Assembly: GCF_963921235.1 (NCBI RefSeq)
Contig: NC_086097.1
Span: 211,856,001 to 211,920,000 of the forward strand
Direction: 5' to 3'
DNA from: Mobula hypostoma
Taxonomy: Eukaryota
Length of the DNA stretch: 64,000 bases
How positions within the stretch are numbered: position 1 is the first letter of the stretch; each line of letters starts with the position of its first letter. The notes beneath the pieces are model-generated. The model saw only the letters and a program-made list of their open reading frames with translations, was not told the origin of the DNA and did no database searches. Positions 25,605 through 37,394 of this stretch are shown in pieces. A program made the position numbers and the translations under genes.

Positions 25605-27540
25605 GGCTCTTTCAAACCAGTAAAGTCTGAATTCATGAGCTCCCTTTCAAACAGCTGGCCATCCATGCTCGCATGCATGACCTTGCAGCAGATTTGGCCC
25701 TTTTCCAACTCAGTGTAAAATTTCATCCAGTTTATTCTGTGATGAAGGGAAGCTTTCACGTACCTAAGCAAGTCGATGTTGGTATCTTCCATGAGGGCAG
25801 AGTCAGCTTCCATCCACTCACTTTTACATGGCATCCTCGACAGAGTGTCTGGTGTTGTGAAAGATTTGCCATAACAGTATCACATAAGCCTCACTCTGAA
25901 TTTTTGTAGGCGTGGAGGTAAGTCATCCAAGTACATCGAAGTGAGGAGGCTGACAAGTGGCTAGTGGTCTGTTTCAAGTAAGAACTTAGTGCCTATCAAG
26001 TAGTAGCTGAAGCGTTCATAAGCCCATTCGAGAGCCAGCTTCTCCTTTTCTGGTTGGGCGTAACACTGCTCAGCTGGAGTCAGTGCTCTTGATGCATACG
26101 CCACTGGTTTCCGTACACCATTGCAGTTTTACATGAGTACTCCCCCTAGGCTAAAGGAAGAGGCACCTGCTGAGACCTTGGTTGCTTTGATCAGATCAAA
26201 GAACGTCTATTTTGGTGGAGAGAGAAGCTCTGCTTTAAGTGATGAGAATGACTTCTCCTGTTGTATGTCCTAGGTCCAAACATTTCTCTGAGAGAGGAAG
26301 TCATATAACGGCTATGTTTTCTCTGCCAAATCTGGAACTAACCTTCCCAGCTGGTTTACCATGCCAAGGAAACTATGGATCTCTGATACATTCATAGGTT
26401 GTTCCAGGTTCCAAACTCCTGCTACTTTGTTTGAATCTGGTTGCACTCCTCTGAGGACAGTTGGTTACCTAAGAACTTCACCTCTAACTCTGCAAATACT
26501 TCTAGTATTTGTTTTTGTTCAGAGTGATTCCAGCCTGTTTCAGTTTCTCCAAGGCAACTTCCACTCTTTTGTCAGTTCCTCATTTGAGCCTCTGAAGATG
26601 AGTTTATTGCCCATGTGGCAGACTACTTCCTCCAGTCCCTCCAAAATTTGTTTCTTCCTCATCTGGAAGAGTTCAGGGGCTGAAGAGATGTCAAAAGGGA
26701 GTCTCTTGAAGGCATAATGTCCATATGGTGAGATAAAGGTTGTGAGCCTCTGTGACTCAGGAGCTGAATGGATCTGCCAGAGCCCTGAGTTTTCATCTCG
26801 TTTGGTGAAGAACTTTACTCCATGCAGCATATCCAATCTGTGCTCAACAAAGGGCAGAATAAACTTCTCCCGCCTCACCGCATTATTTAATTTTGTAAGA
26901 TCAATAGAGATCATCATTGTTCCATCTGGCTTGGGAACAGGAACAATGCCAGCACACTGGTCAGTGGGTCTATTCACTCTAGTTATGATGTCAAGCGCCT
27001 CCATTCTCTCAAAATCGTCTTTGACTTTATTCATCACTAGGACTGGTAGACACCTCGCTGTGGTCAGAGAGTAGGGCATCATTCCTGCCCTCAGTTGGAT
27101 AAGGTACTTTCTTTCAGTACCCCAGGCCTGTGAACAACTCCAGATGATTCTCCTGCCACTGAATACAACCAATGAGGTTCAGCTCCTGACGAAGGGTCTC
27201 GGCCTGAAACGTCGACTGCGCCTCTTCCTACAGATGCTGCCTGGCCTGCTGCGTTCACCAGCAACTTTGATGTATGTTGCTTGAATTTCCAGCATCTGCA
27301 GAATTCCTGTTGTTTAGGTTCAGCTTCTTGATGACTTGTCGTCCCAGTCATGGTGAGAAGAGATTCTGAACAACATAGACATCATCTTTTAACTGGTTCT
27401 CATTTTAAAAAGATGGAAGTAGTAAACATTCTTTTCACACTAAGTTTATGGTTCCTTAGCCCCATGAGTACTTCCTTTGTTGAGTTTAGCATAATGCCAA
27501 GGTCTCTGTTTTTACTTCTAGCTGCCTCAGTAAATTGAAA
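25605..27540 (-). mobile_element. Degenerate Gypsy element B, RT/RNase H part
   Basis: AGIVPVPKPDG…IDLTKLNNAVRRE…TTFISPYGHYAFKRLPF; RNase H remnants at 25900-26200. Confidence 0.85.
27185..27315 (+). mobile_element. 131-bp PLE-derived insertion with an intact hammerhead core
   Basis: ctgacga-agggtctcggcct-gaaa-cgtc-gactg; 10-bp TSD aggttcagct (27175-27184, 27316-27325). Confidence 0.88.
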
Positions 27541-27553
27541 CCCTACCCCAGAC

Positions 27554-27677
27554 GAAGGGTCTCTGCCTGAAACGTCGACTGCACCTCTTCCTACAGATGC
27601 TGCCTGGCCTGCTGCGTTCATCAGCAACTTTGATGTGTGTTGCTTGAATTTCCAGCATCTGCAGAATTCCTGTTGTT
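27554..27677 (+). mobile_element. 124-bp PLE-derived insertion, near-identical to 27185-27315
   Basis: 7-bp TSD cccagac (27547-27553, 27678-27684). Confidence 0.88.
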
Positions 27678-27689
27678 CCCAGACATTTT

Positions 27690-28030
27690 CTCTTCTCCCC
27701 TCTCCCATTGGGCAGAAGACATAAAAGCCTGAAAACATATGGCACCAGCTTCTACTCTGCTGTTGCTAGACTATTGAATAGTTTCCAGTACAATAAGATG
27801 GTCTATTGACCTCACAATCTAAGTTATTATGATCTTTCACCTTATTGTCTATCTGAACTGCAATTTCTCTGTAGCTGTTACATTTTATTCTACATTCTGG
27901 TATTGCTTTACTTTGCACCACCTCAATGCACTTTGTAATAGATTTATCTGTATGAACAGTGTGCAAGACAAGCTTTTCACTGTACTTTGGTACAAATGAC
28001 AATAATAAACCAATTCCAACTCCATTCAGT
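27690..28030 (+). mobile_element. Rex1-type LINE 3' end
   Basis: ccagcttctactctgctgttgctagactattgaa…aataataaaccaattccaactccatt tail. Confidence 0.6.
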
Positions 28031-28261
28031 TCAATGCCCTCTCCCAGACCACTTCCATCAGCATCGTTTGCATTCTTTTTATTCACCTGCACTACATTAA
28101 TTTCTTCTCTCCCTCATGCTCTCCCTCTCTTGTTCTCTTGCCCAGCAACTCCCCTTCTGATTATGTTGCCAATTACCCACATAAAAAATAATTTACATTC
28201 ACCAGTTAACATATCAACATATTTTTGGGATGAGGGAGGAAACTGAGAGTCACAAAAACAT

Positions 28262-29187
28262 AGGGGGAAGATCTGGTGAAGGTGACGTCAGCGTACAATG
28301 CTCCCTTGGTCAACATCTTCCAAACAGCAAATGAAAATAGGTTCTTAAACTTCTTTTACACCTGTTTTTCACCCTAAAGGTGTTTCTGGGACTGTTCGAG
28401 ACTGCAATTCGTAGCTTGGAGATCGTTTGAGTGATCCAGCACTTTGCTGGCTCTGAGAAGATTCTGGGAAGTGAGTGCGTACTCGGACGGCCTTGATGTG
28501 AAGAAACTTTGAGACGGGAGCGAGCCGATATTTGACTCTGTGTTGTCATTTAAAGCATCCATTAATTGACAATGAAAGCATCAAGGAAGACTGAGACATT
28601 GAGGTGAATGCAGAAGGCGAGCGAGAGTTTCAGTGCTGACTGCCTGCCTATTGATTGCTGCCAGAAAAGGAGCCTGTGAGCAGCCTTTCACTAACGGCTC
28701 GCTGTGGTATGCAGGTAGGCCTCTCTGGCTCATATGGTGTCCCTCTCTTTTGAAGAATGTCGTTGATATCGTAGGATGGTATCGTGGTTCTGTGCTTCTG
28801 GATTGGACTATTGCGTTTATGGACTTTTCAGACTTACGGCTTTTATATTCAGTGTGTTTTTTATCATTTGTTGCTTTTCCCTTTTGTTGTGTGAGGGGAG
28901 GTGTTTGGGGTTGACGTTCTATTTGTGTTCTGCTAGTTTTTTTGTGCAGAGAGGGGTTTTTTTTGGGAGTTGATGATCCTGTTCCGTTTTGTGTTGGGGG
29001 GAGATGGTTTTGGGGGAGAGAGTTGATAATCGGCATGCTGTTCTTTTTTGCACAGGGAGTGATTTGATGCTTCTCTCTGAATAACTTTCATGTTCTTTAT
29101 TTGTTTTGTGGCTATCTGGGGAAAGACAAATTTCAGAATTATATATGGATACATGTTTTGATAATAATAAAACATTGAACCTTTGGA
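28262..29187 (+). mobile_element. Non-autonomous ~0.9-kb retroposon
   Basis: T/G-rich 3' half and aataaa…ttgaacctttg tail similar to 5947-6240. Confidence 0.55.
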
Positions 29188-29789
29188 ATGTGCAAAGTCT
29201 ACATAAACAGAACATGAGGTCATGATCAAACCTGATCAGGGGAGCTGTGAGGCAGCAGCATTGACTCTTGTGTTCCTGTGCACGCAACCTTTCTTCACCA
29301 GACACTAGCTAACTGTGCAGAAGAAAGACTTCACAACCTCATCGAATTCTGGCAATTGGTATCTAAATCTGGAAGGAGACAATGACAGCTAGCACGACCA
29401 GCTTACAGTGGATACTTATTCAGTCTTAGGGTGCTGTTGGGATGTTTTACCACTGATTGTTCGTATCAGAAACTTTGTTGAAAGACCAGTGCACAGTTTT
29501 TGTTTAACTGTCCCTATGAAAATGAATTTGGTTGAATGGACTCGAAGAGGAGCAAAGTTCTAATACGACCAAAGGCAAAAAGAATTGGATCCCCGATTTG
29601 CTCTCTTGCAGATCCCAGTCAGTTCAGATTGGCAACATCATCTCCACCACAATCACCATCAGTATAGGTGCACCACAAGGCTTTGTGCTTAGTCCCCACT
29701 CTACTCACTCACTTACTGTCTGATTTTGTGGCTAAGAACAACTCCAATCCCATATTTAAGTTTGCAAATGAAACTCCTGTTTAACTTTA

Positions 29790-30497
29790 GCCTCCAGTTT
29801 AAGATAATGCTGGTGAATCTCAGCAACTACTTGCTGGTGGCAAATAAAACAAAGGAAAGAACTAAATACTTCATTAATCACACCTTTTCTGGGAAACGAT
29901 CGCGGCAAACAATAGCCTGTAACTTCCCTGTCGGAGTTATCTCTTAAACCACCTTTCCACCTGCCATTTTTGAGGTGGGAGCTGAAGTTTTGAAGGTGCA
30001 GGACAGTCGGAGCGAAGTGTGCTTAGGAAGAATCAAGGCGCCAGTGTCTGGGTTGGAGAGGGGAAATAAGCCAATGTTTGGCCATTGCCTGAGTGCACTT
30101 GAAGGCAATCTGATGTGGCAGAACTGAGGCGAGGCGGGTCCCAGGTCCGAGATCAAGGACCCTGAGGTTTGAACACTTTAAGTGCTGGGCCACATTGAAA
30201 AGGTTGGGGCCAGAGGCGAGAATCAGGTTGGTGTTCAGCTCACTTCCCAGCGAGGTTTACTCATCTCTGCACTGAACTATGACTGTGGCCTGCCTCTAAC
30301 TCACTTTCATGAGCTTCAGTTCTGAATGCTATTTGCTTAACTTTATTGGTTCGTTTGCGCGATTTGTTTTTTCTTCTCTCTGCACATTGGGTGTTCGGTG
30401 GTCTTCTATTGTGTTTCTTTTGGCTGCCTGTAAGGAGAGGGAACTCAAGGTTGTATGAAGTAGACATAGTTTGATAATTAATGTACTTTGAACCTTG
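29790..30497 (+). mobile_element. Non-autonomous retroposon related to 32470-33350
   Basis: Shared blocks (ctgggaaacgatcgcggcaaac…; cttcagttctgaatg…) and a Rex1-like 3' tail. Confidence 0.65.
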
Positions 30498-31171
30498 ATC
30501 TTTGTTGGTCATATCAAAGGTGGTGATGAATCAGCACATAGGAGAGATATTGAAAATGTTGCTGGATGCTGCCACAGCAACGATCTCTCACTCAATGTCA
30601 GCTTTCTTAGAACTTGCACAGATTTGGCATGTCACAAAAACTTTGAGAAACTTCTAAAGATGCGGACTTGTATGGAAACATCAACACCCAGGAACAGAAA
30701 TGTCTACAGAAAGTGGTTGATACAGCCCAGTCCTTCACAGGCAAAGTCCTCTCCCTTGAGCACATTTACAAGAAATATTGCCACAAGAAAGTAGCATCCA
30801 TCATCATAGACCCCCACCATCCAGCCCATGAATTCTTCTCACCACTACCATTGGACAGGAGGAGCCTTTGGTCACAAATGACCAGGAACACTTTTTACCT
30901 TACAACCATCAGGCTCCTGAAACAGCATAGATAACTTCACTCACCTCAACTCTGAAATGATTCAACAACCTACAGATCACTTTCAAAGACTCTGCAAATC
31001 ATGTTCTCGGTATTACTTTTTTTTTGTATTTGCACAGGTTGTCTTCCTTTGTGTGTTGGCTGCTTGTAAGTCTTAGTTTAAGTATAGTTTTTTATAAATA
31101 TTATTGTTTTTTTTTATTTTCCTGTAAATGCCTACAAGAAAATGTATCTCAAGGTAGTATATGTTGACATA

Positions 31172-31377
31172 GCCGGCCAGTGGTGTAGTGGCAACCACAC
31201 GGGACTTCAGGGCAAGTGGTGACGGGTTCGAATCTGGCTGGCTCCTTGCACACTTTCCATCCTTGCTGGGTTGAGCATTGAGCTAGCAACTCGACCTCGT
31301 TTAAAAAACAGACAAATGCTAAAGAAACGGTGAGGTTGCCACCCGATGCACCACAAGGCACGGAGAACAACAACAAC
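31172..31377 (+). mobile_element. tRNA-derived SINE with (AAC)n tail
   Basis: A box tggtgtagtgg, B box ggttcgaatct; 11-bp TSD atgttgacata / atggtgacata. Confidence 0.88.
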
Positions 31378-32469
31378 ATGGTGACATAAAGTATGCATAC
31401 TTTAATAATAAATTTACTTGGACTTTGACATTGAATATAGAATAGGGATGTTAAAAAGTACTATAGGATCATTACTATTAACGGCAAGTCCATAGTTCTG
31501 GATAATATTTTATGCTGAGGTGGGCAATTACATAACTTTTTCTTAATTCACTTTTCAGAATCTGGGCACTGCTGCTTTCAAGAAAGCAGTGGCGTACTGC
31601 CTTCCTGAACTGCTGTAGTCCATTTGGTAACCGTACTCCTAAAGAGCTGTTAGGTGAACAATTCCAGACCTAGCAATAATGAAGACCGGTGACATTTCCA
31701 AGTCAAGACTATACACAACTTGAATGGGCAGTCAGCAGTTCATACTTTTCTTATCTGTTGCCCTTCACGTTCTTGATGATAAAGCTAGCATTTAGTGTTG
31801 CAGGAATGATAATCGACTGATGGAAAGGACTTGGGGTGTCCAGAGATGAATTGCCAGCAGGATACCCAGTGTCTTGTAGGCATGGTATTTGTGTGGCTCA
31901 TCCAGCTTATTATCTATTCAATGATAATCTCGTTTTGACAATGGAAGGCTTGTCAATGGCAATGCCATGAAATATTTGAGAATATTAATGTCCTACATTG
32001 GAAGTGGATCATTGCTGCCACTTTTGTGGCACAAACAATGCTGCCTCTTCTCAGCCCATGGCTGAAAGGTGCTAAGGGTGTGCTACGTGTGGAGAGGACT
32101 GCAATAATTGCAAAGAAATTGCAAGTGAAAGTGGATATTGCACAGTCATCAACATATGTCCATTTGAACTTTAATCGAACATTGCACAGACATCAGTGAA
32201 TATCTGTTACAAATAAAACTGAATATTGTGCAACTTTTAGTGAATATCCAAACTTCTGACCTTCACTGGGGAAGGAAGGCCTTTGGCTGATGACACTGCC
32301 CTGCAGATCTCCTGAAGTGATATCTTGAACTGGAGTGGTTGACTTCCAAAAAGCACAACCATTTTTCTTCATGCAAGATACTTATCCAACCATTGGAATG
32401 ATTTTCCCTTGGTTCCTATTGATTTCTGTTTGTACCAGGGATCGACGATGCCACTCCTGATCAAAGCCT

Positions 32470-33350
32470 CGGTTTAAGATGGCATTGGTGAATCACAGTG
32501 ATGACTTTCTGGAAAACGATCACTGCAATCAACAGCCTGAACTTTACTTTCAGAGTTGAGTTTTTGAAACGCCTGTACGACCTGGCATTTTTGTGGTGTG
32601 AACTGAAGTCTCAAAGGTGCAGGATGACTGTGGCGTGACATATGTGGGCTGAATTAAGATTCTGGGGACCTGGCCCGCGAGCAGGGTACGAGCCAATGTT
32701 TGGAGCAGACTTGGAGGAAATTAGAAGCGGCAGAACCAAGGCAAGGCAGAGTCAAGGCGTCAATTCCTTGGGCCCTAGGGTGACAGACAAGCTGAGATTT
32801 AACCAATTTAAGTGCTGGTCTGAATTAGAAAGGTCAGGTGAATTGGGGCGGAAGGTCCCAGGACTGAGAGCATATTGAAGCAGCATGCCCTGGATCCAAG
32901 AGTGAGGAACGATCCGCTGTTTGGCCAATTTAAGCACTGGACCAAATTAGAAAGGTTGAATATGGGCCGAATTGAAGCAGCAGGGCATGAATCCGAGAGC
33001 GAGGAATGACCCACAGTTTGGCTAATTTAAACGCCAGGCCAGATTTAAAAGGTTAGGTTTGGGGCCAGAGGCAAGGGACGAGCCGATGTTCAGCTCACTG
33101 CTCCACAAGGCTTACTTACCTCTGTGCTGAACTGAGGCTGTGGCAGCAACTAACAGGTTCCTGGATCGGCTGTGAATGGCTTCGTAGCTGTGGACTCACT
33201 TTTGTGAACTTCAGTTCTGAATGTTATTTGTTTAATTTTCTTGTTTGCACAATTTGAGTTTTTTTTTGCACATTGGGTGCTTGACAGTCTTATTTTGAAT
33301 TGGTTCTGTTGTGTTTCTTTGTTTTGTGGATGCCTGTAAGGAGACTGTAC
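32470..33350 (+). mobile_element. Non-autonomous retroposon with internal ~100-120-bp subrepeats
   Basis: aatttaa…attagaaagg-type unit recurs at ~32806, ~32927 and ~33025. Confidence 0.6.
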
Positions 33351-33419
33351 TGTTAACAATATCCTCTATTACTTTGCTGATGGCTAAGAGCAAAAGTGAT
33401 CGGGAGGTAACTAATTATC

Positions 33420-33750
33420 TCAAAATGCTGGAGGAACTCAGCAGGCCAGGCAGCACCTATGGAAAAGAGTACAGTTGATGTTCTGGGCGGAGGCCTTTCA
33501 TCAGGACTGGAGAGAAAAAGATGAGGAATCAGAGGTAGAAGATGATATGTTGGAATGAGATTGGGAAGTGGAATTAAAATGTGTAGCCTCTGGGAGATCC
33601 CACTTTTTCTGGTGGATGGAGCATAGGTGCTCGGTGCTGGACACATCAGTGTATGGTCTCAACTGTCACAATGAGGCCACGCTCAGGTTCGGGGAGCAAC
33701 ACCCTATATTCCATCAGGATAGCGTCCAACCTGATGGCATGAACATCAAT
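33420..33750 (-). mobile_element. Degenerate, rearranged PLE fragment with decayed hammerhead (33472-33509)
   Basis: Reverse complement reads cagtcctgatgaaaggcctccgcccagaacatcaactg; adjacent endonuclease-region pieces lie in both orientations. Confidence 0.65.
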
Positions 33751-33941
33751 TTCTTGACACCACACGCTGCACCTGCAAAGCTAACAGTAGGACCCCACGC
33801 CCCCCTCACACAAACTCTTCTCCCTCTTGCCATCTGGCAAAAGGTACCAAAGCATTCAGGCTCTCACGACCAGACTGTGCAACAGTTTCTTCCCCCAAGC
33901 CATCAGACTCCTCAATACTCAGAGTCCGGACTGACATCTAC

Positions 33942-35703
33942 AACGCAGCAGGCCAGGCAGCATCTCTAGGAAGAGGTACAGTCGACATTTCGGGCCGAGA
34001 CCCTTCGTCAGGACTAACTGAAGGAAGAGCTAGTAAGAGATTTGAAAGTGGGAGGGGGAGGGGGAGATCCGAAATGTTAGGAGAAGACAGGATGGGGAGG
34101 GACCGAGCCAAGAGCTGGACAGTTGATTGGCAAAAGGGATATGAGAGGATCATGGGACAGGAGGCCCAGGGAGAAGAAAAAGGGGGGGGGGGAACCCAGA
34201 GGATGGGCAAGGGGTATAGCCAGAGGGACAGAGGGAGAAAAAGGAGAGAGAGAGAGAAAGAATGTGTGTATATAAATAAATAACGGATGGAGTACAAGGG
34301 GGAGGTGGGGCATTAGCAGAAGTTAGAGAAGTCGATGTTCATGCCATCAGGTTGGAGGCTACCCAGACGGAATATCAGGTGTTGTTCCTCCAACCTGAGT
34401 GTGGCATCTTTACAGTAGAGGAGGCCGTGGACAGGCATGTCAGAATGGGAATGGAAAGTGGAATTAAAATGTGTGGCCATTGGGAGATCCTGCTTTCTCT
34501 GGCGGACAGAGCATAGTGTTCAGCAAAACGATCTCCCAGTCTGCGTCGGGTCTCGCCAATATATAGAAGGCCACATCAGGAGCACTGGATGCAGTATATC
34601 ACCCCAGCCGACTCACAGGTGAAGTGTCGCCTCACCTGGAAGGATTGTCTGGGGCCCTGAATGGTGGTGAGGGAGGAGGTGTAAGGTCATGTGTAGTTCT
34701 TGTTCCGCTTACGAGGATAAGTGCCAGGAGGGAGATCAGTGGGTGGGATGGGGGGGACAAATGGACAAGGGAGTCGCGTAGGGAGCGATCCCTGCGGAAA
34801 GCAGAGAGAGGAGGGGAGGGAAAGATGTGCTTAGTGGTGGGATCCTGTTGGAGGTGGCAGAAGTTATGGAGAATAATATGTTGGACCCGGAGGCTGGTGG
34901 GGTGGTAGGTGAGGACCAGGGGAAACCTATTCCTAGTGGGGTGGCGGGATGATGGAGTGAGAGCAGATGTGCGTGAAATGGGGGAGATGCATTTGATGGT
35001 GGAGGAAGGGAAGCCCCTTTCTTTAAAAAAGGAGGACATCTCCCTCATCGTGGAATGAAAAGCCTCATCCTGAGAGTAGATGCGGCGGAGACGGAGGAAT
35101 TGCGAAAGGGGATGGCATTTTTGCAAGAGACAGGGTGAGAAGAGGAATAGTCCAGATAGCTGTGAGGGTCAGTAGGTTTATAGTAGACATCAGTAGATAA
35201 GCTGTCTCCAGAGACAGAGACAGAAAGATCTAGAAAGGGGAGGGAGGTGTCCGAAATGGACCAGGTAAACTTGAGGGCAGGGTGAAAGTTGGAGGCAAAG
35301 TTAATAAAGTCAATGAGTTTTGCATGCGTGCAGGAAGCAGCGCCAATGCAGTCGTCGATGTAGCGAAGGAAAAGTGGGGGACAGATACCAGAATAGGCAC
35401 GGAACATAGATTGTTCCACAAAGCCAACAAAAAGGCAGGCATAGCTAGGACCCATACGGGTGCCCATAGCTACACCTTTAGTTTGGAGGAAGTGGGAGGA
35501 GCCAAAGGAGAAATTATTAAGAGTAAGGACTAATTCCGCTAGACGGAGCAGAGTGGTGGTAGAGGGGAACTGATTAGCTCTGGAATCCAAAAAGTAGCGG
35601 AGAGCTTTGAGACCTTCCTGATGGGGGATGGAAGTATATAGGGACTGGACATCCATGGTGAAAATAAAGCGGTGGGGGCCAGGGAACTTAAAATCATTGA
35701 GAA
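33942..35703 (-). mobile_element. 5'-truncated Penelope-like element (RT, GIY-YIG endonuclease, 3' repeat with hammerhead)
   Basis: RT motifs MDVQSLYTSI, QTKGVAMGTRMGPSYA, RYIDD, PFLD, YYKPTD (35045-35710). VIYCIQC…LYIGET…RFAEH at ~34510-34605. Frameshifted. Confidence 0.93.
33980..34015 (-). ncRNA. Minimal type-I hammerhead ribozyme motif
   Basis: Minus strand AGUC-CUGACGA-A-GGGU(CUCG)GCCC-GAAA-UGUC-GACU: stem I, catalytic boxes and stem II are present; one CpG-type change in the ACGU palindrome. Confidence 0.8.
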
Positions 35704-36820
35704 GTCCCACATGAGAAGATTCATTCGCTCGGCATTCAGGATGAGGTTGTAAATTGGACTGACACTGGCTTTGTGGGTGAAGCCAGAGAGTGAGTAGTAG
35801 ATGTTTGCCTTTCTGACAGGAAGCCTATTCCTAGTGGAGTGCTGCAGCGATCAATGCTTGGTCCATTGTTGTTTTTCATTTATATCAATGATCAGAATGT
35901 GGTTAACCGGACCAAAAAATTTGCAGATGACACCAAATTTGGGGTGTAGTAGACAGTGAGGCAGACTATCAGAGCTTGCAGTGGGATCTGGACCAGCTTG
36001 AAAAACGGGCTGGAAAATGGCAGATGGGATTTAATGCAGACAAGTGTGAGGTGTTGCACTTTGGGAGGCCTAATCAGGGTAGGTCTTACACAGTGAATGG
36101 TAAGGCACTGAGGAGTGCTATAGGAACAAAGCGATCTGGGAATACAGGTCCAGAATTCATTGAAAGTGGTATCACAGGTAGAGAGGGTTGTAAAACGTGC
36201 TTGGCACATTGGCCTTCATAAATCGAAGCACTGAGTAGAGGAGATGGGATGTTATGTTGAAGTTGTATAAGGTGTTGGTGAGACCTAATTTAGAACATTG
36301 TGTGCAGTTTCGGTCACCTACTTACAGGAAAGATGTAAGTAATGTTGAGATACAGAGAAAATTTACAAGGATGGTGCCAGGACTGGAGGACCAGAGTTAT
36401 AAGAAAAGACTGAATAGGTTAAAACTCCATTCCTCAGAACATAGAAGACTGAGAGGAGATTTGATAGAGCTATACAAAGTTATGAAAGGTATAGATAGGG
36501 TAAATGCAAGCAGCTGTTTTCCACTGAGTTTGGGTGGGACTACAACTAGAGGTCATAGGTTAAGGGTGAAAGGTGAGAAATTCAAGGGGAACATGAGGGT
36601 AAACTTTTTCACTCAGAGGTTCGTGAGAGTGTTGAATGAGTTGCCAGCACAAGTGGTGCATGCAAGCTCGATTTCAACATCTAACAAAAGTTTGGATAGG
36701 TACATGGATGGTAGGGGTATGGAGGGCTATCGTCCTGGTGCAGGTCGATGGAAGTAGGTAGCTCAAATGGTTTGACACAGACTAGATGGGACTTTTCTGT
36801 ACTTTCCTATGACTCTATGA
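35704..36820 (+). mobile_element. Degenerate CR1 LINE 3' part
   Basis: KFADDTK, QMGFNADKCEVLHFG, LVRPNLEHCVQF; ctatgactctatgac tail. Confidence 0.88.
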
Positions 36821-36873
36821 CACTACTTTGTGGATGATTAAGAGTAAAAGTGATTGGTTGGTAACTAACCATG

Positions 36874-37350
36874 CAACACACACAAAATGCTGGAGGAACT
36901 CAGCAGGCAGCATCAATGGAAAAGAGTACAGTCAATATTTCAGGCCAAGACCCTTCATCAGGATAGGAGAAAAAAAGATGAGGAGTCAGAGTTAGAATGT
37001 GGGGGGAGGGGAGGAAGAAATACAAGGTAGTACGTGATAGGTGAAATCGGGAGGGGGAGGGGGTGAAGTAGAGGTGGAAGGTTGATTGGTGAAAGAGATA
37101 CAGGGCTGGAGAAGGGGTAATCTGATAGGAGAGGACAGAAAGAAGGCCGTGGAAGAAAGGGAAGGGGGAGGATCACTAGACAGAGGTAATGTGCAGATAA
37201 GGAGATAAGGTGAGAGAGGAAAATGGGAATGGGGAATGGCGAGGGAGATGGGGGATGGGGGATGGGGGCCATTAACAGAAGCTTGAGGAATCGATGTTCT
37301 ATTTATCATGTTGGAAGCTACCCAGACAGAATATAAGGTGTTGCACCTCC
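36874..37350 (-). mobile_element. PLE 3' fragment with decayed hammerhead (36929-36964); an oppositely oriented PLE piece at ~37355-37394 + 40676-40822 is the hAT target
   Basis: Homologous to 33942-34395. 40695-40822 matches the RT linker at 34850-34980 in reverse orientation. Confidence 0.8.
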
Positions 37351-37394
37351 ATCCCTCTTCAGAGCAATGCGCTTCCCTGCCTCTGCCTTCAACG

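Larger units (their letters stand above)
29570..31430 (+). mobile_element. Degenerate Rex1-type LINE 3' half, interrupted at ~29790-30497 and 31172-31377
   Basis: GAPQGFVLSP…IFKFANE | VGHIKGGDESAHRRDIE; LQKVVDTAQ…KVASIIIDPHHPAH. Confidence 0.8.

Noticed and set aside
27185..27677. CRISPR-like or prokaryotic repeat array
   Set aside because: The copies are independent TSD-flanked retroinsertions in eukaryotic DNA with no regular spacer periodicity.
31172..31245. Possible tRNA gene
   Set aside because: It continues into a SINE body and tail and is flanked by a TSD.
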